Shown: positions 1 to 10,837 of the stretch, piece by piece
How the letters are laid out: every line of letters begins with the position of its first letter
Numbering within the stretch: the first letter of the stretch is position 1
Assembly: GCA_000826855.1 (NCBI GenBank)
Contig: JTLS01000088.1
Span: 1-32,837 of the forward strand
Direction: 5' to 3'
Source: Basidioascus undulatus
Lineage: Eukaryota
Length of the DNA: 32,837 nt
Position numbers and translations under genes: made by a program
The notes under the pieces: model-generated
Databases searched by the model: none
The model's input: the letters and a program-made list of their open reading frames with translations, nothing else
Told to the model about the DNA's origin: nothing

Positions 1-2083
1 GGGGGAGCATAGACGCTGTGCAGCCCGACGGGACGCGCCGGCGTGCCCGCCGTGAGCGCCACCCTCTGCGCCTGGAGGACGCGCTCCTTCTCCTTCCTAT
101 CCCTCGCCTTCTGGAGCGTCTTGAGCGTCGTGCGTGCCATGTTGAGCCAGACGCAGACCTCGTTCGTGGGCAGGCCGCGCGCGTTGTCGCCGAGCGCCGC
201 GAGCATCGCTTCCACGCTCGTGGCGCCCGTGTAGAGCATGCTCTCGAGCCAGGTGCGCTCGTCGCATGCCTCGTGGTACGCCGTCGAAACAGGCAGGAGC
301 GAGGCGAGGAGCGCCCGCGCGCGAGGGGCGAGCGCGTCCTCAAACGGCTGGACGATCTGCAGGACGATCTGATTGAGGCCGTGGTAGAACATGGGGGCGG
401 GCTCGCACGCCGGGTCAAACGGATGGAGGTTGGCATAGACGAGGAGGTTGTTCCAGGCTGTTAAAGGCGAGGAAGGTGATGGGGAACGATATCAGTTACC
501 GACTGCGATAGACGACAGCGGAGAGCGCGAGCGGAAAGCGGGGATGAGGCGGGGATGGGGAAAGGCGCACCGTTGAGCTGAGTGATCTATTGAGGGAGTA
601 GAACGCGTCAGTGCGGTGCGAGAGAAGCAACAATGCTGACTGGAGAACCCACAGCGCGAGAACCTCCGAAGCACACCACGAGCGAGACGAGGCGCCAGAG
701 CTCGAGCTGCCTTCCCGCGCAGTGCACCATGCCCCTCCTCTGCAGCGGACGTGAGCAAGGTACCCAGGCGCAAGTGGAAAGATTGAAGGCTGCTTACAGG
801 CACGCCGCGCTCGTCCTCGACCTCCATCTCTAGCGCGGCCCTGCGCTCCGGCGTCTCGAGCCCGGGGACGTACTGGATGAGGAGCTGGAGGAACCCGTCC
901 GGCCCCAGGCGCTCAAGGACCTCCTTCATCGCGAGCGTCTCCTGGCGGCTCTCGGAGTAGTCCAGGACGGGGACGGGGAGAGGGTGGATCTGCGTCATAC
1001 GCGGGAGGAGCTGCGGGGGCGCGCGGCGCGCCACCCGCAGACGGGTCATCACCTCCCCGGGGGACGCGAGCGTCGTGCGCGCGAGGTGCACCTCCGGGTG
1101 CGCGTACACCGGCTGGTAGGACGCAAGATGCGGCGGAAAGGCCGGGTCGAGGTAGACGTGTCGCGATGGCCCGGACGCGCTGCTGCTGGGGATCCCGGCG
1201 GAGAGGGCTGTGGCGGTGGCTGAGGCAGCGGCGGCGCGGGTGGTGGGCGGGAGGTTCTCGGTGTTTGAAAGGCGGCGGGGCTGAAGCTGAGCGCTCGGCG
1301 AGACGTCTTTGTTCTCGTCCGCGCGAGCGCGCTTGCTCGACTGCCCGTCCTGCAGGCCCTCGAGCTCGTTTGACGACTTGCGCTTCTCGCCGAGCGCCTG
1401 CGGCTCCCCTTCGGGGGTGGGGGTGCCGCGGTTGCGGAAGAGCGAGGCGGGCGCTTTGTCGGTGACGCGCCCCAAGGAGGTGAGGCCGAGCCCCGTCGTC
1501 GCGGCTGACGAGCGGCGGCGGTCGCTCGGCTCGAGCGGAGGAAGAGTCGGGCGGGCACCAGCGTTCTGCTGGACGTGCGTGAGCTTATGTGAGTTGAGAG
1601 GTTCGGGAGGGGGACGGGAAAGAGGCACATTGTTAAGGGAGAGCTGCGGGGAGTGCGAAGGGGTCGGGAGGTGTGGCTGCTTGGGCTGCGAGGAGGATGC
1701 CGCCGCGGCGGGCTTTGGCGCAGTCGACGAGCGGAGAGAGTAGCCCGAGCGGCGCTTCTGATCGCATGACTAATTGTCAGCCTTGGGCATGAGGGGCTCA
1801 AGGGACTTGGACTCACCGTCGGGCTCTTGCCGGCGTCAGCGTTGACCGCCGGGGCATCCGGGCCGTCCTGTGGGGTAACGGTTCAAAGGGCTTCACCACA
1901 CAGAAACAAAGAGCAGGCTAAGCACATGTCCCTTTGGCGGGCTCTGGAACGCGTCCGAGTCCATCGCGGGCGTCGGCAAGATCGACGGCTACCATCGAGC
2001 GCGGCATCAGCGCCGAGCCCCAGAGCAGGATCGCACGATGAGCTCACCTCGGGTTCCTTGCTAATGTCAGTCATAGCGTTCAT
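1..2083 (-). CDS. Divergent ARID/BRIGHT-like DNA-binding domain protein with a long disordered N-terminus; multi-exon; 3' end lies outside the window
   Basis: Hand splicing from ATG 2083 (MNAMTDISKEPE) through GT-AG introns gives an open frame. Exons include ~1758-798, 739-653, 586-571 and 457-<1. The spliced product reads FLQLLIQYV...ERGVPRRGMVHCAGRQLELWRLVSLVVCFGGSRAITQLNAWNNLLVYANL...LNQIVLQIVQPFED, which resembles the ARID pattern (G++DL++L...GG...W......L..Y...L.PFE). Domain call is by eye. Confidence 0.65.
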
Positions 2084-3097
2084 GACCGAATACGAGTGTG
2101 AAGATGGTGAGAGTAGTGGGTGAAGCGAGTGACGGTCGAAAAGCAAGAGGTCAGTCCTGGGTGGTTATCGAGCACTGGCGCCACGACGTCGACCGCACCC
2201 GCATCATCGCCAATCTGACCGACCGACGCTCCATCCGCCACCAAAGTTGTATCCGTTCCGCATGGTCAAACGAGTGCTGCGTGTGCGAGCGAGCGAAAGG
2301 GGCACAGAACGATCAGGAGCGTAGCAGCTCGATCCGAGACAGGGCCCGAGCGCAGGCGAGGCGGTGAGCGACAGGCGACGAGAAGGCGATCCGGACTGGG
2401 TCAGTCAGCAAGGAGGGCGAGTCGGCTTCGAAATGGAAGATCCGGTTCCATTATAGTGAGGAGAGTCCAGAATCCAGTAATATTACCGCGCGGTCGCGTT
2501 TCAGCCAGGGCTGGAAATGAGCGCGAGGGACTCGGTAGACCGCCGGAGGGGATTCAGATTCCGAGCCGCCATCCTCAATCCCACTCGCGGTCGTGCGAGT
2601 AGATGTGTGGGTGTATTCGAGCCGCTGTGCCTCCAGAAGTGCATTGAAACCGGTGTGAGAGTAATGCAAGGATCAGGACGAAGCGGTCTTGCGGTGCTCA
2701 AGGCGCTTCCGGCTGGCCTCAACCGCGGGTAAACCGAGGAAGTCTGGCAATCTGGCAGGTGCTTTCTCCAAATTGCAACGACGTTACACGTTCCAAACGA
2801 TAGGTCCTTTTGGTACAAAGTATCCTCATATACACAAGATGTACCTGCGGTCCCATGCGAAGCGATGCCTGAAAGCCGGTGACTCGCCTCGGCAGCGTGT
2901 TGCGTGCTTCTTGGCTTTCAACCGCCATCTTCATTCTTCTCTCTCTCGTCTGCACTGACCCCATCTCGTTCGCCCCTTACCGTTCCCGCTCACTTTTTCC
3001 CGCCCACACTCACCTTCGATCAAACCTCCTTCATAGAACTTCCTATCGATCGCTTCATACTCGAACGGGAATCTCCGAAGGCAGAAGCAAGCCAGAC
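2084..3097. promoter_or_regulatory. Intergenic region between divergently oriented genes (probable shared promoter region and 5' UTRs)
   Basis: About 1 kb between the ARID-like ATG (-) and the phosphatase ATG (+), with a CT-rich tract before the latter (about 2930-3060). No specific site identified. Confidence 0.4.
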
Positions 3098-4056
3098 ATG
3101 ACCAACGAGTTCTCCGTGATCCTGCACCTCGTGCGCCACGGCGAGACGTACGAGAACACGGCAGGGATCATCCAGGGGCAGCTTGACGTGCGTTGCTCCT
3201 CCCCCCTCCTCCCCTCCTCCCTTCCCTACCAAGCCCTCCCACTTACTCACCTGTTCCCCCTCAACAGACGCACGTACGTTCTCGCCCACTATGACTATCC
3301 TTTGATGGGCCTGGCAAACTGATTTGTTAGGGAGAGGATAATAGCTCAACAAGAGCGGCGAGCTCCAGGCGCAGCTGGTCGGCGAGGCGATAAAGGACAT
3401 CCCCTTCTTTGCGGCGTTCACGAGCGATCTGCAGAGGGCTGCGAATGTCCGTCTTCCCGCATTTATCTCCTCTCCGTGGACTTACCCTCCTTCCACGATC
3501 GATCAGACGGCCAAAGCCATCGTAGCGCACCACCCGAGCCTCACCCTCGTGCCCACGACCTCGCTGCGCGAGCGCGTGCGTCTTTCAAGTTTTGATCCCT
3601 TGCTATCCCAACTCACCTCAGCCGCGCCGCCCGCAGTCTTTCGGTCCCCTCGAAGGCACGTGCGTGACCCCCGAGCAGCGTACGAACCTTCCCGCAACAG
3701 TCGAGTCGCACGCGTCCCTTCTCTCTCGCGCACACACCTTCTACGGAACCCACATCCTTCCTCTCCTCCCCTCCCCCTCCTCTCCCTCCTCTACAAAGCA
3801 TGTCCTCGTCGTCTCCCACGGGGCCTATCTCTCCATCCTCACGCGGGACCTCCTCCTGCACGAGCTCGGCTACACGCTCGCGCCGGGCGTGGAGGTCAGG
3901 CGCTTCCCGAATACGGGGCGGACGACGGTGGGGGTGCGGGAGGATGGGACGGGCGTGTTCTTAGGGTGGGGCGATGTGCAGCATTTGGAGGGGGCGAGGA
4001 GGACGCATTTGGAAAAGGAGAACGCGGATACGGCAGGGTTGGAGGGGAAGGCATAG
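3098..4056 (+). CDS. Histidine phosphatase superfamily protein (phosphoglycerate mutase/TIGAR-like), 5 exons
   Basis: Exons 3098-3187, 3268-3273, 3345-3446, 3507-3575, 3637-4056, all joined by GT-AG introns. Product has LVRHGET..N....IQGQLDTHLNKSGELQA, FTSDLQRAANTA, LRERSFGPLEG and VLVVSHG, with a C-terminal PNTG...WGDVQHL. Confidence 0.93.
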
Positions 4057-4402
4057 AGGGAAAGGGAGGGAAGAGCGAAGGAATAGATGGCGGGGATAGG
4101 GTCGTTCTTTGCAACTTCTCATTGGTGGAAAAGCACAAGACCTGCCTGGATCGATTGCAGTGCCGCCGAGCACCTCGCCGCAGCTCTGCAATGTCGAAAT
4201 CGTCTTCGCGTGATGGCGTCACCGGCCATTGCTTCGTAGCGTGCGCAAGACCTCTACATCTCCTGAGAAAGACGCGGCGCCTACAAACAGCTTTCATGGG
4301 CGCCAAGGAGTTGAGGTGCAAGGTGAACGACGGCTAGTTTTGTCGGGTGGAACACCAATGCATTGACAGAACACAAGGATAGCATTTCGCAAACCAATCA
4401 CG

Positions 4403-5350
4403 CTACACTTCAGAGATGTATTCGCGTCTTGAACTAATCATCTGGCTCTCACGATCCAGCACAGAGGGGGCAAGGCAAGGGAGATTTCGCAACGCAGCCA
4501 GGCAAATGCCACCCTCAGCTCTGAAGCAGCAAGACGAGCCGTGGAGGGCGCATTCACCCAAAAGAACAGACAGAAACTCGCACACACAGTTCGCTAGCAC
4601 CTCCCCGTTATGCCTGATATTGTAGTCAGTGCGGATCAGGGGACGCCAGAGCCGGTCGGCCTTGAAGATGATCGTCACGGTGCCGAGCTTGTTGGGATGC
4701 TCTGTACGTTTGAATGTGCAGCACAGCGCGTTCGTAGGATCAGAGTAGTACTCTCAAACCGATTGAGAAACTTGATCTGGGACCTCCCCATCCAGGCGTT
4801 ATAGTGGTGAGTTGCGAAGATCCCGCAAAGGACGGCCGCGAGCCTTTCCCTAGATGGTTAGGCCTCCTTCAGTTACTTTCACGCCTTCCTCTAAATGAGG
4901 GAAGACGACATACATGGGCCCGTGAAAAAGCAGGCCGGAGCCGATCTGGATGAAGCCTGTTGGACACGGACCTTGATTCTGTGCCACAACGACAGGGATG
5001 CCCAATCAGCCCAAGACCAGCTTCGGCCACGCCACACAACGCAACTTGCCGTCGCTGCCGCAAGAAGGGCGTTGCAGAGGGCCGCCCGGGTTGGGAAGAT
5101 GAGTCCCGGACCGACGCGTTCCGCGACAGCTGCTTCGTCGAAGGTGATCAACGTGCTGCAGAGAGGGTGCAAGGTCAGACTCCCACAAGGCAGCATCTTC
5201 ATGTGCCGCCCGGTCTAGATGCTTCTTCTCAAATATTTGAGCCTGCGGTCCCAAACGTCGAAGAAGGGTCATCGGCGCGCCTGCTAGTTCCTGAGTCTTG
5301 TCCTTGCTCCGCGACGTCACATAGTCCCACACAGTCAACGGACTGTTGAA
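4403..5350 (-). pseudogene. Degraded, unidentifiable coding remnant
   Basis: Protein-like pieces in different frames (STLITFDEAAVAERVGPGLIFPTRAALCNALL; EYYSDPTNALCCTFKRTEHPNKLGTVTIIFKADRLWRPLIRTDYNIRHNGEVLANC), separated by stops and intron-like sequence. No family recognised. Confidence 0.25.
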
Positions 5351-6272
5351 GAGACCCCATCTGAAGCACGAACAAAAGGATAGATAGTCATATAGGCCGA
5401 TTGAGCTCTTCATGTCGCAGCAACTGGTGTGCATGCACTTGCGAACGATTGAACGTTTGAGGTGCTGAGAAGGATCAGGCTCAGGCGCACTCCCGCTGGC
5501 TGCTGCTTCTACTCGCAATGGCCACCGCATTATTCACAGATAAGCGTACAATTTGATGGGTAAATACTCTAGTCGCGGACAGGGTACAAGCAGGAAACTG
5601 GATAGATGGGATATGGTCGAGGCGCTTTTATGAACGTGTCAGCGACGAAGTAACCCTTACAACCGAGTGGCCTAGGCAGCTAGACAGTTTTGGAGTTGGC
5701 GCAGTCTCAAAATTTCATCTAACTCTCCGAAGAGTTGACGTTGAAGAGCAGACTACGGACTCTTCCAGCTGGCACTCTACTTAGTCGACGACGGTGCCCT
5801 TTCAGCGGGCATCGGCTGCATTAAACTGGAAGACTGATCTATTCCAGATAGCATTATACAGCACCTGGGCGGATGAACTCAGGGTGAATGAAGATGTACC
5901 CACAGAAGACATTCTTAATCGGGCCGTGATCGAGTGCAACCGAGCGCGAGGATTGCAGGGTGAATGAATGAAGGCCATTACCCTGCCCTGATAACGAGGG
6001 ACGCTTCCTAAGGTGACGGGAAATACTCTTTCTCACTGCTGAAAGGACCTTACTATCTCAACCAATACAGGTCTGATCCTTCATGCCCGAATGCTGCCAG
6101 TCTCGCTTGACTGGGGCTTCCACGGGCTGCCTTCACAGCAGCGTCCAACCTACTCAGCCACAACTCCCACCTCCTCGTCGACCGTGCCTCCTGAAATAAT
6201 CGCAAAACTTATTACATAATAATATTGTTTCAGATACACACAGCCCATCCCACACTCAGGGCCCCAAGCCCT

Positions 6273-6830
6273 TCAGCAGCCCCTCCAACCTCCTCTCCCT
6301 CTCCTCCCCTCGTCCCGCTCCCTCAACTCCTCCACCTTCCTCCGCTCCTGCTCCCACACCTCCTTTTGTACCTCCGCCACCTCCCCCCTCCTCCTCTCCA
6401 ACAAGCCCTTCAGCACCCCCAGCCGCCGTGCAAAATACGCCGCCTGTGCCGTGAGCTGCGCGGTGAGCTCGCCCTGTCGAAGGCGGACGGATTCCCGCAG
6501 GTGGTCCATCACCGACTTCAGCGCCTTCAGCGCCTGCCCTGCCTCTCCATCATCTTCCTGGCCGGCCGATCCCGGGCCTGCCTCCAGCAGACGCTCCGCC
6601 TCCTGCAACCGTGCCTCGAGCACCTTCACACGCTCCTCAACGGCTTTCCGTTCAGCCCTCTCCAGCTCCGCCGGCTCCATACGTCCTTCTAGCGCCACGA
6701 ATTTCCCCTCCATCTCCGCGCCGCGCTTCCCCTCCACCTTCAGCGCCCGCACCGCCTCCCGCTTCCCCTGCAGCGCGCGCTACTCCGCCGCGTCCTTCCG
6801 CGCTGTGGCTGCCTTGCAGCAGCGTATCAT
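6273..6830 (-). pseudogene. Coiled-coil protein fragment with an in-frame stop
   Basis: E/R/K/L/A-rich heptad-like sequence with coding-like codon usage (ERKAVEERVKVLEARLQEAERLLE). The same frame upstream reads ...RKDAAE*RALQGKREAVRALK, with TAG at 6780-6782. Confidence 0.55.
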
Positions 6831-7737
6831 GTAAAGCTCGACGGAGAGCACAGCCACCAACGCTCTCTGATCCGCTTTCATTTAATTCCGTGCTACTCGT
6901 GAAGTGCTTGTGCGGTACACTGATGTATAATTGAGGGGAGATTTGATAGTGTGAAGTATAGGAGAGCCGCGAGCAGCCGCGGGTACAACAAAACTTGCCC
7001 TTCTGAACGTCTGAACGTCTGAATTGGTGAACAGCGGCAAGTCTGCGTGCGTTTTCGTGGCCGCTCGACCCTAGGTTCCGTCATATTGCTGAAGATGACC
7101 CTCGCCTGAAGATCCTCACGAACTCGCGAGCACCGTGCCATGCTGTTCAAGCGGCGTTTCAGCTCTTCAGGACCGCCTGCGTTGCGCAGCAGATCTGAAT
7201 GACCAAATTAGACAGTTGTTTTCCTTTACCCTGCCGATGTTTGCTCGAGTGCAGCTGGAATGCAAGACGAAGTTGCGGCGGGAAGGTGGGGTGTATGAGG
7301 ATCCCGGGGTGCGCATGCAGCCTTATCAATGTCGGCATTGGATTGCTGGAGTTCCGCGTGTTCTATGACAACCACCCGGATAGGGAGCGTCTCGGCTGTT
7401 GGGCGTACGAACGTGCTATCAGATTTCAGATTTCTACTACCTAATGAGGGTTCAAGTGTGAGTAAGAAGGTTAAAGTGACCGTGATTGAAGACTGATGGT
7501 CTTGCCTGTACCAGTACCGCTGCGTCGATCTCATGAATTTTGGCTTTTGCAGTGCGTTGCAGTAATCTTTCCTGGTAATTGAATCCAATTACTTTTCTAG
7601 GCAACGAAAGCTCGGGTAACTTGAACGAACGCGCTAAACATTGCACTCTTCATGTTGAAGATCCCAACAACGCAGCATATTTGCACCAGAGAAACACAAC
7701 CATACATCAAAGATACAAGCGAAGTTGGAACATTTAA

Positions 7738-9061
7738 TCAGCCGGATACAGCCTGTGCAGCCTCAAAGAAAAACGCGACAATCTCGTTGAGCATCGGGCG
7801 TGCAAAGGGGTCCGAAGCCATGCACTTGCCCACCATCTTCGCCGACTCCGACGATTCGGCAGCATTCCCGTCCTCCACCTTATCACGCTTGGCATCGATT
7901 CCCAAAATCTTCCCTAGCACCACTCCGAGCGCGTACACCTCTGCGCGCTCAACCGCTTCCGGTATGCCACTCCAAGCGACGTAAGCCGACCATCCACCGT
8001 ACCTGCCTCGATTGACTTCTCGAGGCGGCTCTCGATCGTACGTGACATAGCGCAGGATTCCTGTATCGCTGTAAAGCTCCGCGTCGAAAGCCCCCAGCAT
8101 CTCAGGAGCGAGCGCATAGACGTTCGTACGGGCTTGCTCAAAGTCCAGGAGAACGATGTGAGCCGCTTTGGAATCAGCAAGAACGATGTTGTCTACTTTA
8201 AGGTCACCGTGGAAGGTGTGCGCAGCGCGATGGAGATGGTACGCGGCGGAGGAGAGCTGGGCAGCGTAGAGCAGCCGCTCGCGGTCAGTGCAGGTCGGGA
8301 GGTTCTCGCTGAGCGGTCCGCCGGTGTAAAGGGGTTGGAGGGAGCCATAGACGAGCTTCACTGGTGGGTGGTCAAAGCTAACAGTTGCAAGTCCGATCGG
8401 AGCGGGGAGGAGGTGAGGGTGGGGCGGCAGCGAAAGGAGAGTCGACAACTCATTACGAAATTGCGATACAATGTGAGGCGTTAAGTCGCCCTTGCGACGA
8501 AGCTCCATGGGCGAAAGGGATTTAAGAACAGCTTGTGCACCGGATGGGAGGCGGACGAGGCGACCATCGCGCTGCTCGAGTCGAAAGAGTCAAGAAACTC
8601 GAGTTGAGAAACGTCGTAGAGCGAGGGAATCGAAAGGTCCGGCCGGCAGCTACGACGGACGATATCGACAGGCTGCAGGAGACTGGTGAAGTTGCCGTGG
8701 GCCGTACAATCCCCGAGAAAGCGCGAGGAGAGCTCGCCGGTCTGCACGTCCGTCATGAGCTGCACCTCGTGAGGTGCGCACGAAGTTGGGGACGTCGGCA
8801 GAACAGGGACGACCAGCCGGTGAACGTGGTCGTGCACTGAATCACGTAGGCGAAACCGCTGTCTGGAACGTCATCCGAGAATCGTATGTACGCATGCACG
8901 ACGCGCGATTCAAAGGCGTCCGGAAGCTGCAGGTTCGGGACCAGCGTGACGAAAATGAGAGCCGGACCCTGTTTGTAGGTAAACACGGCGAAGTCCTCGT
9001 TGTTCGATAGAGCACATTCGATGAAATCGAAAGAGGTGGAGTAAACCGTGGAGTTAGTCAT
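7738..9061 (-). pseudogene. Intronless Ser/Thr protein kinase-like gene with two 1-nt frameshifts
   Basis: Three consecutive frames join if 1 nt is restored near 8844 and near 8559. The join gives ...MVA[L]VRLPSGAQAVLKSLSP (beta3 Lys), FRNEL (alphaC Glu), HPHLL, HGDLKVDN, DFE, APE, EVYALGVVL and KCMASDPFARP. ATG at 9061 (MTNSTVYS). Confidence 0.85.
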
Positions 9062-10018
9062 GATGTTTTTGGGAGGAGATGATGGGTGCAAGAAGGGAGG
9101 GCGCGTCGACCCGAAATGGGTCCAGCTGGGTTCAGTCTCATGACTCGGCCTTGACGGAAGTGTGAGAGCCGCCACGGCCGTCTTTTCAAAGCTCCACAGT
9201 GTCCTCACCCTCTTGTTGGTGACAGCTGGTTATTCTTCTAGAATTTCTAGGATGGTCGCCGCGCGTTTGCGTTCTGTTTGGTCCACTGAGTCCGTGTCAA
9301 CCTCTAGAGGCTAGATACTGCCTGACCAGTGACCTCGTCTATCCAAGAGGGTTAGGAACTAATAAATCTAGGTATTGGTTTCCTTCAATCAGGAAGTAAG
9401 CAAGGCGTTCTGCGCTGAGCTGGACCTCGGCCTTGGACAGCCGGCCATTTCATGCAATCCAACACTTCAAGCTGACTCTAGGTAAAGTTCACCAGCTGCA
9501 ACCCAGAACACATGAAATACTAAAAAAATTGAATAACAAACTCTCCCACCCACATCTTTAGTATTTTCAACTCACAGCGTTGAGCACACAGAAAGGTCGA
9601 TCCTTTGGGCTGCAGCCAGGTCGGCTGGAACAGACTAGGTAGAACTAAATTATGATTAAAGTAACATTAAATTCTTAGACAGTAAGCCTGCAAGCTCAGT
9701 CCAAGGTCCCGTGGCTAGGATATGGACGCCAGCAGCGTCGACTGCAGCGCTCGGCTCTCACCCGTTGACCAAAGAAAGTGTGGCGTTTTCGAATATCACC
9801 ATTTCCCTGTTGTTTGAAACGTTTGTAAAGCTTACCCATATTCAGGGCTGGCAGACATAGTCATCAAGTTACGCAAAGCGAGATGCAAAAAGGAACCACG
9901 AAATGTTAGGCTCCGGCCCGAAGCAGTATAAAGATTCAGCTAAAATCGCAGTAATTTGTCTACTCAATGACTTTCAGAGAGTATGTGATACATGCGTAAA
10001 TTTATGAATTTCAGCACC

Positions 10019-10530
10019 TCAGGCACCGTAGCAGCCTCCCGGATAGTCCTCCGCATGCTCGGCCATCTCATCGCAGTCGCTCACACCCGCTCCGAGCTTC
10101 TGGAACGCTGTCATCCACCAAAATTGAGCGTCAGCGTCTTTTTCGCATTATAACTGTGTGAGAAATGCCGGTAACGCAATGGCTACCACGCACCGTGCGT
10201 GACTCCCTTCGGCGCAGCCTTAAAGCGAACGCCCAGCCGGGGCGGGTCAGACTCGATGCTCTGAACCCACAAATCCTCCCCGTCCCAATTCGCAAAGTGC
10301 GCCTGGGGCTCGACAACCACCCAGCCGCTCTCGTTGTGCGCGTACTTGCCACGAGCGCGAGCGTGTCCGACGTCCAGTTCAGCGTTGTCCCGTCCTTGTA
10401 CTCCCAAGCATCGACCGTCCGAGCCGGGTGCGAAGGACGTGCGGATCACGAGCGGCTCAAGGGAGCAGGGATCGCCCGTGCGCGTCTCGGCGGGCAGTGC
10501 GTCTATATCGATGTGGGTGGACCTGACCAT
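10019..10530 (-). CDS. Hypothetical 141-aa protein, two exons (10530-10194, 10107-10019)
   Basis: The ATG sits in a CCACCATGG context. The intron has a GTGCGT donor (10193), a GCTGAC branch point and a CAG acceptor (10108). The spliced frame is open (426 nt) and ends ...HAFQKLGAGVSDCDEMAEHAEDYPGGCYGA*. Confidence 0.6.
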
Positions 10531-10837
10531 GGTGGTGGATGGGAAGCACGAGGACCCTGTGTAGTGCTGGTGGCATCTTGCAGCAGAACGACACTTGATA
10601 GGTAAATACAGTCTTCATGGTCTGAAAGAAAAAGTAAAAGGAGTGAGCCCTGTCCGACTTGAAACCCTTCGGTTTTCAGGCTTGCAGAGCGAAGATCGCC
10701 ACACACCCAGCCCGTTTTCCTCTTCCAAATGGCATTGGTCATTGCGATGGCAATCTAAGCATCGCATGCCCAGTAAAGTAAAGAATCTCAGAAAAAAAAA
10801 AGTACAACACAAAACCGTCCACACACACACCGACCGC

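Noticed and set aside
3549..4337. 262-aa + ORF overlapping the phosphatase gene
   Set aside because: Alternative frame of the last phosphatase exon; low-complexity product.
7002..7023. tctgaacg short tandem repeat (and a similar slippage repeat near 13596)
   Set aside because: Ordinary slippage repeats with no evident function.
9590..9645. Two short hairpins followed by CTAG (possible Helitron end)
   Set aside because: Stems are only 5-6 bp and CTAG is common in this tract; not distinguishable from chance.
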